Assembly (NCBI GenBank): GCA_043801595.1
Contig: JAZDLW010000011.1
Span: 1 to 34,987 of the forward strand
Length of the DNA: 34,987 nucleotides
Source of the DNA: Candidatus Aenigmatarchaeota archaeon
GTDB taxonomy: Archaea > Aenigmatarchaeota > Aenigmatarchaeia > JACPZZ01
Reading direction: 5' to 3'
The notes below the pieces were generated by a model. The model worked only from the letters and a program-made list of their open reading frames with translations. It was not told the origin of the DNA and searched no databases. This document shows positions 26,114 to 34,987 of the stretch, piece by piece (positions within the stretch are counted from its first letter, which is position 1; each line of letters begins with the position of its first letter). A program made the position numbers and the translations under genes.

Positions 26114-28186
26114 TTATTTAGGAATTATTCTTGACACGCTGCCTTCTTTCCTTATTTCTATGATATTATCGACAAACGCCTCCAATTCCTTTTCATGCGA
26201 AACGATTATGACCTGGTTGCACTTTAGTTCATCGAGAATGTCGCGCATTCTATGAAGCTGTTCTTTACTAAAGCCGTCCGTGGGTTCGTCGAGTATCAAC
26301 AGGTTGTTCTTCAGCGAGATGGACGTCTCTTTGACAAGCGTGTTCAGAGCCAACCTGTACGCCAATGCCACCGAAGTCTTTTCCCCGCCGCTCAGCGTGT
26401 CAATGTCCTGTTCATAGCCGTTCTGTTCTATCATTGGCGTGAACCTGTCATCGATGCGGACCGATATGTCTCCGGAATCCATCAGCATGGAAAACCATTT
26501 TCTGAACAGTGAATCAAAACTCATGTTGTAGCCGGCAAACACGTGTTTTTCGATATTCTCGACAGAGGGCGTGAAGTACAGCCGCAGCCAGTCAACGCGT
26601 TCTTTCGCGGCCTTGATCTCCTCGAGCTTCGTTTCCATTCCGCGCACCCTTTCCGTATCTTTTTCGATCATAGCGCCGATATCTTTCAGCCTCTGTGTTT
26701 TCGACGAGCGGGCATTGGAAAGTTCTTCGATGTCTTTTCTGTGTTTTTTTTCTTCTGCGTCAAGATCGCTTATTTTCTTTAGCTCGTCGTCCAACCGTTC
26801 GATATCATTGGCAAGCGCTCCTTTCCTGGATCTGTAGTCCGAAACCAGGATATTGGATTTTTCCATTTCCGTGCCAATGTCTTTTTTCCTTGCGATTTCT
26901 TCGTTCAGCGTCGTATCAAACATTCCGAGTTCGCTGTTCACGGTCCTTATCTCGGATACGGCTGACAGCAGCGATTCGATTCTGGCATCCGCGTTCCTGT
27001 AGCTTGACATCGCATTTTCCATCGCCCCCAGTTTGGAGGAGTGGTCGATCATCTTATTTTTGAAATGGTTTGCATCGATGTTCTGCTCGCACAGCGGGCA
27101 CACACTCTCGGTAACGAGTTTTTTCATGTCCTCCATTCTTGATTTTATTCTGGTTATCTGCGAGAGCAGTTCTTCGGATTCCGCTTTGACGGTTTTTCGT
27201 TTTGCGTTTATCGCCTTTTCGTCTATGCCGTTGTCCATGCCCAAAAGACTAAACGCCGCTTTCGCGTCTGTTTCCAGCTTGGATTTTTTATCTGTGAGAA
27301 TTTTTATCTTATCCGCGGTTTGCTGGATTTTTTTGTCCGAATATGACACCTTCTGCATCAGTAATCGGGCGTTGCTTTCCTCGAGCATTATTGTTTTGTC
27401 CAGCGAATTTATTTCGGCTTTCAGGCCCGCATGCTTCTCCTTTAATTCGTGCAATTTTTCTATATCCATTGTTATTTTTTCAAGCAGAATTTTAGAGTCG
27501 TGTATTTTTTTATCCAGCGTTGTTATCATATCGTCAAGCATGCCGCGTTCTGTTTCGTACTCCTTAATGCTTTTGCGCACCTTTTCGAGGTCCGATACGC
27601 TGTTCTCTGCCGCTTTTATGTGGATTTTCAGGGATTTTTGTACTTCCTCCGAATTGGCCGCCGCATTTTTGTACTCCTCCATCATGAAAGCGCGCCTTAT
27701 CGTTTCGAGCCTTTCGTCCGCGTTCGACAATAATATCTCTTTCATCCTTTCTTGCGGTGTGAATATTGCGTACCTGTAGATGAGCGATGAAGCTTGCGGG
27801 TGTACACGTTCGTTAAAACCGAGTATTGCCAGAACTCTGGCCTTCATTTCCGAAACAGAATAATCCTCCCTGACGTTGTCGAGCACGAGGTAGCAATCAA
27901 CTTGAGAAATCTTTCCGTTCGTCTTTTCCAGCGAACGCTTCAACAGAAGCGTTTTTCCTGATACCTCAATTGTCAGTTCGACAGACCCGCGCGAACAGCC
28001 GGTGCGGAGGAGATATTCGCCTTTCAGGTCGTAACTCAATCCGAAAAGGGCGAACTCTATTGATATGAGTATTGTGGTTTTTCCAGATCCTACGTCGCCC
28101 TCGAACAATATCGCGCCGTCAGGGAATAAGACATTCTCATCAACGTAAGATCTTATATTGTGGAGTTTCAAGTTCCTTATTATCAC
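26114..28186 (-). CDS. rad50: Rad50-like SMC ATPase
   Basis: Walker A GDVGSGKT, Q-loop (TPQ), coiled coil with central CPLC zinc hook, LSGGE signature, LILDEPT, VSH. Confidence 0.9.
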   Translation of the reverse strand: MIIRNLKLHNIRSYVDENVLFPDGAILFEGDVGSGKTTILISIEFALFGLSYDLKGEYLLRTGCSRGSVELTIEVSGKTLLLKRSLEKTNGKISQVDCYLVLDNVREDYSVSEMKARVLAILGFNERVHPQASSLIYRYAIFTPQERMKEILLSNADERLETIRRAFMMEEYKNAAANSEEVQKSLKIHIKAAENSVSDLEKVRKSIKEYETERGMLDDMITTLDKKIHDSKILLEKITMDIEKLHELKEKHAGLKAEINSLDKTIMLEESNARLLMQKVSYSDKKIQQTADKIKILTDKKSKLETDAKAAFSLLGMDNGIDEKAINAKRKTVKAESEELLSQITRIKSRMEDMKKLVTESVCPLCEQNIDANHFKNKMIDHSSKLGAMENAMSSYRNADARIESLLSAVSEIRTVNSELGMFDTTLNEEIARKKDIGTEMEKSNILVSDYRSRKGALANDIERLDDELKKISDLDAEEKKHRKDIEELSNARSSKTQRLKDIGAMIEKDTERVRGMETKLEEIKAAKERVDWLRLYFTPSVENIEKHVFAGYNMSFDSLFRKWFSMLMDSGDISVRIDDRFTPMIEQNGYEQDIDTLSGGEKTSVALAYRLALNTLVKETSISLKNNLLILDEPTDGFSKEQLHRMRDILDELKCNQVIIVSHEKELEAFVDNIIEIRKEGSVSRIIPK

Positions 28187-29433
28187 GTTTTCACCGCCAG
28201 TATGTGCGACGCCTGCGAAACTATCCTTTCAGTGTAATCGCCTTTTGTTTCATTATCTTTTTTGTTTTCCTTGATGGAATCAAGCATTCGTTTTGCCGTA
28301 TCAACACCCTTGCCGCCTTTCAGATCTTCGGACGAATAGGAGTCGCAAAGTCCGATACGTTCCCTGAAAACATTTTCTTCAACAGACGTCCTGTTATCCG
28401 TTCTCAGTTGCACGTCAACGAACTCTTTCGAGGCGAGCGCGTTGCGGTTTATAAAAACATTCACCGCGCCTTTCGAGTAGATTTTTTCCCTTATTGTTTG
28501 CATTTCTATATCCGACGGTTTGCCGTTGGCCAGCGTGCCCTTGATTTTCACCAGTGCAATGGAATTGAAAAATTCATTCTTCATGATCGTATCGTCGATA
28601 ATCGCCTTAACTTCGTCCGCGGTCTTGTTGTCCGCGTTTATTTCAAAGAGCTTGACGTCATTGACCATTGTTTTTACAAACTCAGTCTTTTCGACCTTTT
28701 CACCGAAACTGACTATGTAAAAACCCCTATCCTCGCCGTTCGCCGCGCTCTCAAGGTCATTGTACTGCCAGCCGAACGTGGCGCCCGGATAAACGAATAG
28801 TCCGTAACCTTTTTCGTTTTTTTCGATTCGTTTGTGTATGTGCCCGCCAGCGTAATACTCAAACCCGCACGGAAACAGCGATACCGGCACGCATTCGTCG
28901 TTTACGATGTCCGCCATAAGTTCGCTGACGCCTATGTGAAAGGCGAATATCCTGAAACCTTTCTCCAGTTCAAGAGCTTCGCGGTCAAGTATTTCGTAAT
29001 AGTGCTTTTCAAGCGACGTTCTTCGTCCTGATATGCCGGCTATCTTTGCCCCGGTTTTTTTATCAATCAGGAAATTGAGGCGGAGCTTTGTCGCGACGTC
29101 GTCGCTCACGTCCATGACCTTTGTAAAAAGTCCCGCGCTCGTGAGCACGTCGATTATTGAAGTCGCGGCAGGGCTGTAATCGTGCGAACCGTAGATAACG
29201 TATATTTCAATCCCCGCATTTCGCACATCCCTGAGTTTTTTCGCCGCGCGTTCGACAATGTCCAGATCTGGTATGTTCTTGTCAAAGAGGTCGCCGCAGA
29301 TAAGGACAAAATCGACTTTGTTTTCCATGCACGCATCCATCGACCGCAGGAACGCGTCTAGGTTCATTTCTCTCAGAGTCTTGTCGCGCCATGCGCCAAG
29401 GTGACAGTCGGATATGTGCGCAAATTTGTACAT
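28183..29433 (-). CDS. mre11: Mre11-like DNA repair nuclease
   Basis: HISDCHLG, GDLFD, GSHD, FH, GGHIH, YPG; 4-bp overlap with rad50. Confidence 0.9.
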   Translation of the reverse strand: MYKFAHISDCHLGAWRDKTLREMNLDAFLRSMDACMENKVDFVLICGDLFDKNIPDLDIVERAAKKLRDVRNAGIEIYVIYGSHDYSPAATSIIDVLTSAGLFTKVMDVSDDVATKLRLNFLIDKKTGAKIAGISGRRTSLEKHYYEILDREALELEKGFRIFAFHIGVSELMADIVNDECVPVSLFPCGFEYYAGGHIHKRIEKNEKGYGLFVYPGATFGWQYNDLESAANGEDRGFYIVSFGEKVEKTEFVKTMVNDVKLFEINADNKTADEVKAIIDDTIMKNEFFNSIALVKIKGTLANGKPSDIEMQTIREKIYSKGAVNVFINRNALASKEFVDVQLRTDNRTSVEENVFRERIGLCDSYSSEDLKGGKGVDTAKRMLDSIKENKKDNETKGDYTERIVSQASHILAVKT

Positions 29434-29522
29434 CAGAAGACCCTTCTTAATTCGGATTTCGGCTTTTCAGCAGCAACCCTGGAAAGCTCCTCCACTGCCT
29501 GCACTATTGCGGAATCTGCCAA
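29433..29522 (-). CDS. Possible unannotated small protein or gene remnant upstream of mre11
   Basis: TTG-started frame (M)ADSAIVQAVEELSRVAAEKPKSELRRVF*. Its TGA overlaps the mre11 ATG (TGATG), and a TATA-like TTTATAAA lies about 24 nt upstream. Confidence 0.4.
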   Translation of the reverse strand: MADSAIVQAVEELSRVAAEKPKSELRRVF

Positions 29523-29622
29523 AACGAACGCCAATTATGCGATATTTTATAAAATTTAAATAAGGGCTCGGTTTTGCCATTCCGGTAGTAGCTTATTAAA
29601 AATGCAACAATAAAGTGGTATT

Positions 29623-31080
29623 ATGTCCGAAGAACAGGGGTTGACAGTAAAGAAATCCGATAACTTCTCCGAATGGTACACGCAAGTTGTGCAGAAAGCC
29701 GAATTGGCGGATATGCGCTACAATGTGAAAGGATTTTTAGTACACCGTCCATGGGCTGTCCGAATCATGAAGAAAATGTACGTGCTACTGGAGGAGGAAT
29801 TGGAAAAGAAAGGTCACGAACCTGTGTGGTTCCCGTCTGTGATTCCCGAGTCTTTTTTCAAAAAAGAAGCCGAACATGCAAAAGGCTTCGAAGCGGACGT
29901 GTTCTGGATAACCGAAGGCGGAAGCGACAACAAAAAATTCGAAGAGCGTCTGGCATTGCGACCGACTTCTGAAACGGCAATGTACACGATTTTTCCTTTG
30001 TGGATACAAGGCTGGAAAGACCTTCCGTTAAAGGTTTACCAGAGTTCTCAGGTCTGGCGTTACGAAGGCAAGGCGACGCGCCCGTTTATTCGGGGCCGCG
30101 AATTTTTCTGGATAGAGGCGCACGACGTTTTCGCAACCGAGCGCGAAGCGCTCGAGCAGGTAAGGGAGGACATGGAAACGACAGAAAATATACTTCACAA
30201 GGAATTTTGCCTCCCGTTTGTTTTCCTTGTAAGGCCGAAACATGACACATTTCCAGGCGCTGTTAACACGTTCGCTGCGGATTCCGTAATGCCCGACGGC
30301 AAAATAATACAGCTTCCGTCTACACACATGCTCGGCCAGAACTTTTCAAAGGGCTTTGGGATAAAATTCATTGATAAAAACGAGGAAAAGGTCAATGCAT
30401 GGCAGACCTGCTACGGTCCGGCTGTGTGGAGGATATTCGGCGCAATGATCGGTATCCATGGTGACGACAAAGGCTTGATCGTCCCTCCTCGCGTATCGCC
30501 GATAGACGCTGTGATAGTTCCGATATTTTTCGAAAAAAACGCCAAGGAAGTGCTTGAAAAATGCGAAACGATCAAAAACTCGCTGGAAAAATCGGGTTTG
30601 AGAATAAAGATAGATTTGAGAGATTCGTACACGCCAGGCTGGAAGTTCAATTACTGGGAGCTCAAGGGCGCGCCTGTGAGAATAGAGATCGGTCCTCGTG
30701 ATGTGAAAGCGAAAAAAGTCGTTTTGGTCAGGCGCGACACAGGCGAAAAAGCGATAATTGATGACAAGCTCGCTGCTGAAAGCGTAAAAAAGGCGTTGGA
30801 CGCAATCCAAAAAAATCTGGTTGAAAAGGCGGATAGATTTTTCAAAGAAAGCATCAGGGACGCGAAATTGTTCTCCGAGATGAAGAAAACGCTCGACGAA
30901 AAGGGCGGGCTCGTTAGGACAAACTGGTGCGAAAAGATTGAATGCGCTGACGAGATAAAAAACAAGGCGACTGCGGAAATACGCGGCACATTGTTCGGAA
31001 AAACGGAAAAAATATTCGGTAAATGCGTTTCCTGCGGCAAGGATGCGAAATCCGTTGTCTACATCGGACGGGCGTATTGA
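29623..31080 (+). CDS. proS: Proline--tRNA ligase (archaeal/eukaryotic type)
   Basis: FSEWY, LRPTSET, RYE..TRPFIRGREF, HMLGQNFS, HGDDKGL, WELKGAPVRIEIGPRD, C-terminal Zn domain ending GRAY. Confidence 0.97.
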   Translation: MSEEQGLTVKKSDNFSEWYTQVVQKAELADMRYNVKGFLVHRPWAVRIMKKMYVLLEEELEKKGHEPVWFPSVIPESFFKKEAEHAKGFEADVFWITEGGSDNKKFEERLALRPTSETAMYTIFPLWIQGWKDLPLKVYQSSQVWRYEGKATRPFIRGREFFWIEAHDVFATEREALEQVREDMETTENILHKEFCLPFVFLVRPKHDTFPGAVNTFAADSVMPDGKIIQLPSTHMLGQNFSKGFGIKFIDKNEEKVNAWQTCYGPAVWRIFGAMIGIHGDDKGLIVPPRVSPIDAVIVPIFFEKNAKEVLEKCETIKNSLEKSGLRIKIDLRDSYTPGWKFNYWELKGAPVRIEIGPRDVKAKKVVLVRRDTGEKAIIDDKLAAESVKKALDAIQKNLVEKADRFFKESIRDAKLFSEMKKTLDEKGGLVRTNWCEKIECADEIKNKATAEIRGTLFGKTEKIFGKCVSCGKDAKSVVYIGRAY

Positions 31081-31733
31081 TTTTTCAATTCTATCGCATC
31101 GCCGTTTCTCATACGTTTAGCATGTTCCACTATCAGTGCGTGGTATTCTTTGAACAATTCTTTGTCCAATCTGAGGCTTTTTTCAAACAATTGCTGCCAT
31201 TCATCATACGTAGCATTAGCGTCTAAAAATCCGAGTGCGGAAAAGATCCTTCTTGTGTACGAATCAATCACGAACACAGGTTTGTCCGCAGCGTAAAGCA
31301 TTATCGAATCAGCAGTTTCCAGCCCGATTCCTTTTAACAAAAGCAGTTCTTTTCTGAGGTCAACAGCATCTTTCACGAAAAATCTTTTCAATGAACCGTA
31401 GTTTTTCATTATGTATGAACAGAATATTTTCAGGCGTTCGGATTTCTGGTTATGGAAGCCGGAACTTCTGATTATTTTTGCGAGCTTGTTGCGTTCGATT
31501 TTCGATATTTTTTCAATGTTGACCAAATTATGCGCGTGCATATTTCGGATCGCCTTCTCGGCATTTTTCCACGAGGTGTTCTGCGTTAGTATTGCTCCGA
31601 TGCACACCTCTAACCGCTCCTTGTCGTTTATCGGCCCGCCGTAATACGATGTTTTTCCGTTGCGCGTAGTGGGCCACCATCCCTGTTTTCCGTAGGCTTT
31701 CCGCAGCTTCTGATAGATTTTTATGAGGCTCAT
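31059..31733 (-). CDS. HhH-GPD DNA glycosylase, endonuclease III-related (COG2231-like)
   Basis: GWWP, GAILTQNTSWKN, LKGIGLETADSI, VIDSYTRR, EYHALIVEH. Confidence 0.88.
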   Translation of the reverse strand: MSLIKIYQKLRKAYGKQGWWPTTRNGKTSYYGGPINDKERLEVCIGAILTQNTSWKNAEKAIRNMHAHNLVNIEKISKIERNKLAKIIRSSGFHNQKSERLKIFCSYIMKNYGSLKRFFVKDAVDLRKELLLLKGIGLETADSIMLYAADKPVFVIDSYTRRIFSALGFLDANATYDEWQQLFEKSLRLDKELFKEYHALIVEHAKRMRNGDAIELKNQYARPM

Positions 31734-31768
31734 AAAAGCTTTTATTTCAGCCGGTTTATCTGTTTGTC

Positions 31769-32101
31769 ATGGAACTCAAAAAACTGCTTGATTTTATAGA
31801 AACCGAGGATCGAAGATTAATAGAGAGCTTCGGCGATCGCGTTGCCTACGACAACAGGGAAAAACGGATTCTCGCCAGAACTGTTAAGCTCACAGAAGAG
31901 CTGGGCGAACTTTGCGACGAGATTCTGGCGCAGCAGTCGCTGCAACGAAAAGAAAAACTCGACAGCGTAGAAAGGAAAAATCTTGGCGAGGAATGCGCGG
32001 ATGTGGTAATAACTGCGCTGTTATTGTATAAAGCGCTTGACGTCGATATCGAGAGCGAACTCGATAAAAAAACCGAAAAAATAAGCAAAAGGTACGATTA
32101 G
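31769..32101 (+). CDS. MazG-like nucleotide pyrophosphohydrolase
   Basis: KLTEELGELCDE and GEECADV (ExxE...ExxD) motifs. Confidence 0.82.
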   Translation: MELKKLLDFIETEDRRLIESFGDRVAYDNREKRILARTVKLTEELGELCDEILAQQSLQRKEKLDSVERKNLGEECADVVITALLLYKALDVDIESELDKKTEKISKRYD

Positions 32102-32124
32102 TTCAAGGTTCGAGTTTTACTTTT

Positions 32125-33771
32125 TTATCCGAGGGGTTTTTCCGTGTATTTGTGGTTTATGACATACTGCCCGCTATGCAGCTTTGAATCAAGGCACCTC
32201 GACGCAACACTGATTCCGGGATAGGCTTTAACAACCCCTCCGATCTTTGCCCGTATGTCATTATCTTGATAATAATCCCTTACAGAAACAGGGTCTGTTG
32301 TTCCTATGACTGCACCGTTTCCGCAGCCCCATGTGTAATACGCAACATCATCTGGGATAAGCCCCTTGGAACTTTCAAGTCGGCTGGCCATCTGCAGCAG
32401 CGGTATAAGCCTTGGTGCGTCAAAAACATCGGAATAATCCGCGCCAATGCCCAGAGGTTCAAGAAGCCTTCTTGTTTTCCCTATAAGTCCGCCGCTTGAG
32501 ACGTTTATCCTGAATTTTATTTTATCAAGAATTTCTTCCGGCATCATCGAATCGACCCTGAAATATGGTGTCGAAGGCTGTGCAACAAGCTCTCCGAGGG
32601 TTCTTTCATCGTCGAACGCAAGCTTCGAATATTTTCCTCCGAGTTTTTTGTTCAGGTAACCGAACGCCTCGGAAACATTGACTTCATACCATTTCTCCCC
32701 GAAAGTTTCTGACAAAACTCTCCGTTGGGTCGTTATTCCATTCGACCTCTGTTCCTCGTAAAGCAGCACAAGGCCGATGCCCGGTTCTATTTTTTTTCCG
32801 GTCTGCGCCAGCTCTTCCCTAACCTCGCTCAGGACAACGCCGTTCATTATATAAGTGTTTACGTCGTCCGATTCGTGGAAAACGCAGCCGAGCAAAGGTA
32901 TCATGTGTTTTCTTCCAGCCAGTGACATGTAATTGACAATTTGGTATTTTCCTGTAGAATTTTCTGCATGTACGCCTACGCTCGCAAATATAGGAATGGC
33001 GCCGTCTCTCGGACCGTCATCGCCGGCCATTGCAAGAGTGTCCTCTATGTCAGTCATTTTGTCGATTTGGTAACAGACCATGGATTTTGATCCTGTGCCG
33101 TCCGCGGTCATCAAAAAACTGGATTTTTTATTCACACGGATAAACGGCATGCCGTTTTTGGAAACTATTTGGAAGTTCTCACTGTCAGCGACATGGTCAA
33201 ATGTTTCGTACAAATCCGAATCCATGGAATTATCAGCGAATATTGTTGGTTTCGTTGATCCGTCGTATCTGCTCAACAAAGTGAACATCCAACTCATTCC
33301 GCTTTTTCTGACCTGGTCAGGAAGATTTGCCGTCTCTCCGCCTGTTAAAACAACATCGTTATCAATGCATGCGTTTATCACAGAATTCCTTAAACGCATA
33401 TTCGCTCCTACGCCTTTTGCATACGCCGAATCCCAGTCGCAGACGTTTGAGGCAAACATTGGCGTGCACCCGTTTGTCTTTTCCATCGCAACCATTTTTT
33501 TTATCAATCCTGAAGACAGTGCGCCCGCGTCGGAATGTTCGGGGGATATGTCTTTTGTCGAGGCGATATCCGATGTAAGATGATATAGGCCCGGGTAAAG
33601 TTCAAACATGGCCACCTTGTTAAAAGAATCGCCTTGTTTTATTTTTGTGCCGTGTTTTTGGGCTGCGACGTACGTCTCTGTTTTTCTTTCTCCCCATGCC
33701 TTTGACAGTCGTTCTTTTTCATCCTCGGGAACATCGTCGATATAAGTCCTTATTTTTTTGTCGCTTGCCAT
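32125..33771 (-). CDS. PurM (AIR synthetase)-like protein with duplicated N-terminal domain
   Basis: LTGGETANLP in the first unit; ADGTGSK and DGPRDGAIP (Dx4GAxP) in the second; then RSNG, SSGG and YTWGCGNG matching the PurM C-domain. 548 aa versus about 345 aa for canonical PurM. Confidence 0.75.
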   Translation of the reverse strand: MASDKKIRTYIDDVPEDEKERLSKAWGERKTETYVAAQKHGTKIKQGDSFNKVAMFELYPGLYHLTSDIASTKDISPEHSDAGALSSGLIKKMVAMEKTNGCTPMFASNVCDWDSAYAKGVGANMRLRNSVINACIDNDVVLTGGETANLPDQVRKSGMSWMFTLLSRYDGSTKPTIFADNSMDSDLYETFDHVADSENFQIVSKNGMPFIRVNKKSSFLMTADGTGSKSMVCYQIDKMTDIEDTLAMAGDDGPRDGAIPIFASVGVHAENSTGKYQIVNYMSLAGRKHMIPLLGCVFHESDDVNTYIMNGVVLSEVREELAQTGKKIEPGIGLVLLYEEQRSNGITTQRRVLSETFGEKWYEVNVSEAFGYLNKKLGGKYSKLAFDDERTLGELVAQPSTPYFRVDSMMPEEILDKIKFRINVSSGGLIGKTRRLLEPLGIGADYSDVFDAPRLIPLLQMASRLESSKGLIPDDVAYYTWGCGNGAVIGTTDPVSVRDYYQDNDIRAKIGGVVKAYPGISVASRCLDSKLHSGQYVINHKYTEKPLG

Positions 33772-33839
33772 TTTATACCTCTTGTTGTTTTGTATGAACA
33801 GACAAAAATCAATATGCAGTAAAGGGATTTAAGCGCGCG

Positions 33840-34733
33840 TCAGAGTTCAAGCTTGATTTTGTTCTTGTGTTTCTCCCTGTAAAGGCAGTATCCGAGTAAC
33901 GCGACCATCGCAACGAGGAAAAAGGTGATCGGATTAGAAGCCGACGATAAAAATCGTCCTGTCAATGCGTTGAATTTTTCATTGTTCTGGCTTTCGCGGT
34001 CTCTCGTCGCTTTATTGTACGCAAAATCCGCAAGCCGTTTCGCCTCCCTGTACGACAAAAGCGATGAGCTAAGTTCGCAGTCTTTTAGCTGTTTGTAGGC
34101 ATCGTATGTTTTTTGTTCAGCATCGTCCGCGTATTTCCTAGCGTAACTCATGTTGTAACCCTCGTCTTCATATTCCGTTATCCTCGACACAGCAGTCACG
34201 GTTGATATTTCGGACGCCTTCAAAGCTGCGATCACGGTTTTTTCCTGCTCCGTTGGCATGTGAAGCATTCTTACTACAAAGTTTTTTGAATAATCTTTCT
34301 GCGGAGTTAACAGTCCTGCGTTTGATTTTACAACCGCGTTTACAATAACATTGCTATAGCCGTCATCGCCGCCGTTTCCGCCTTCCACCGAGAAGAAGCA
34401 CGTTTCCGTTCTCGGAATAAGCGATCCCTGCAACGAACATACATGCTTGCCATTGACAAATACATCCGAATCTGTCGAGAGCATAGGAGATTTTATCGTA
34501 ATGTTTAACAGGTCCGAATCTTTGCAGTTGTACGCGTTTATTTCTTTCGGTTCTACCGCGATCTCCACGCCCTTGAACACGGAAGCGACAGCATCCAGTG
34601 CGGTTTCGATGCATTTGTTTTTCAGGCAGTAATCCGCGACAACAGTTTCCGCTGTCGGCAATGCGTTTGCGTTTGGCAACAGGATGAATAATAAAACAAA
34701 AAGCACGGCTGCAGCATGTTTCATGCTTGTCAT
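33840..34733 (-). CDS. Hypothetical secreted, C-terminally anchored surface protein
   Basis: Signal-peptide-like MKHAAAVLFVLLFILLPNANA, several Cys, helical region, C-terminal TM followed by a basic tail. Start 34724 or 34733. Confidence 0.72.
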   Translation of the reverse strand: MTSMKHAAAVLFVLLFILLPNANALPTAETVVADYCLKNKCIETALDAVASVFKGVEIAVEPKEINAYNCKDSDLLNITIKSPMLSTDSDVFVNGKHVCSLQGSLIPRTETCFFSVEGGNGGDDGYSNVIVNAVVKSNAGLLTPQKDYSKNFVVRMLHMPTEQEKTVIAALKASEISTVTAVSRITEYEDEGYNMSYARKYADDAEQKTYDAYKQLKDCELSSSLLSYREAKRLADFAYNKATRDRESQNNEKFNALTGRFLSSASNPITFFLVAMVALLGYCLYREKHKNKIKLEL

Positions 34734-34799
34734 CGTCCAACCTTATAAGTTATAACACAGGCAATCGTTTAATATCATAAAAACGGATAAAATGATAGT

Positions 34800-34987
34800 A
34801 TGGCCGACGATCCGCTACAAAAGGAAAAGTTGTGCCCGAAATGCGGCACTGACATAGTAATGACAACCAGGTGGGACGGCAAGCTTGAACCGATGTCGAA
34901 CAAATGCATAAAGTGCGGGTATGAGTTTGAAAAACGGGGCTGGAAACAAAAAATAAGGAATTTCTTCACTCCGAGATGGAGCGGTAC
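34800..34987 (+). CDS. Small zinc-ribbon protein (truncated by window end)
   Basis: Manual translation MADDPLQKEKLCPKCGTDIVMTTRWDGKLEPMSNKCIKCGYEFEKRGWKQKIRNFFTPRWSG..., with two CxxC motifs and no stop before the end. Confidence 0.7.
   Translation, partial: MADDPLQKEKLCPKCGTDIVMTTRWDGKLEPMSNKCIKCGYEFEKRGWKQKIRNFFTPRWSG

Noticed and set aside
21247..28800. Long antisense ORFs (e.g. 21247-22038, 27033-27779, 28072-28800)
   Set aside because: Shadow frames of gatE, rad50 and mre11 with F/S/I-rich composition and no motifs; the same applies to other short overlapping ORFs in the track.

Overview
Gene-dense archaeal chromosomal segment. Archaeal markers are RNase P Rpp30/Pop5, proteasome alpha, GatDE, NreA, Mre11/Rad50 and archaeal-type ProRS. 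The compact layout and TATA-proximal starts suggest a small-genome, possibly DPANN-like lineage (inference). Main blocks: (1) rnp3-rnp2-membrane protein-psmA; (2) a SAM by-product salvage cluster (ahcY, mtnA, mtnP, adenine deaminase) enclosing dph6 and a split COG0645/COG2187 kinase pair; (3) a glmS-HAD-phosphohexomutase-glmU operon facing a divergent HTH regulator, with two copies of a palindromic operator-like motif between them; (4) an accessory run GNAT-ASCH-HD-phosphohistidine-domain protein followed by a bacterial-type panD; (5) nreA, gatDE, mre11-rad50, proS, an HhH glycosylase and a MazG-like gene. The most unusual signals are a PurM-like protein with a duplicated N-terminal domain whose two copies lost complementary motifs, and a family of TTTG(A/G)T-footed palindromic repeats with compensatory base changes. 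One copy of that repeat carries a three-hairpin insert and supplies a probable promoter. No tRNA, rRNA, CRISPR array or transposase was seen. All calls come from motif recognition by eye, with no database searches.
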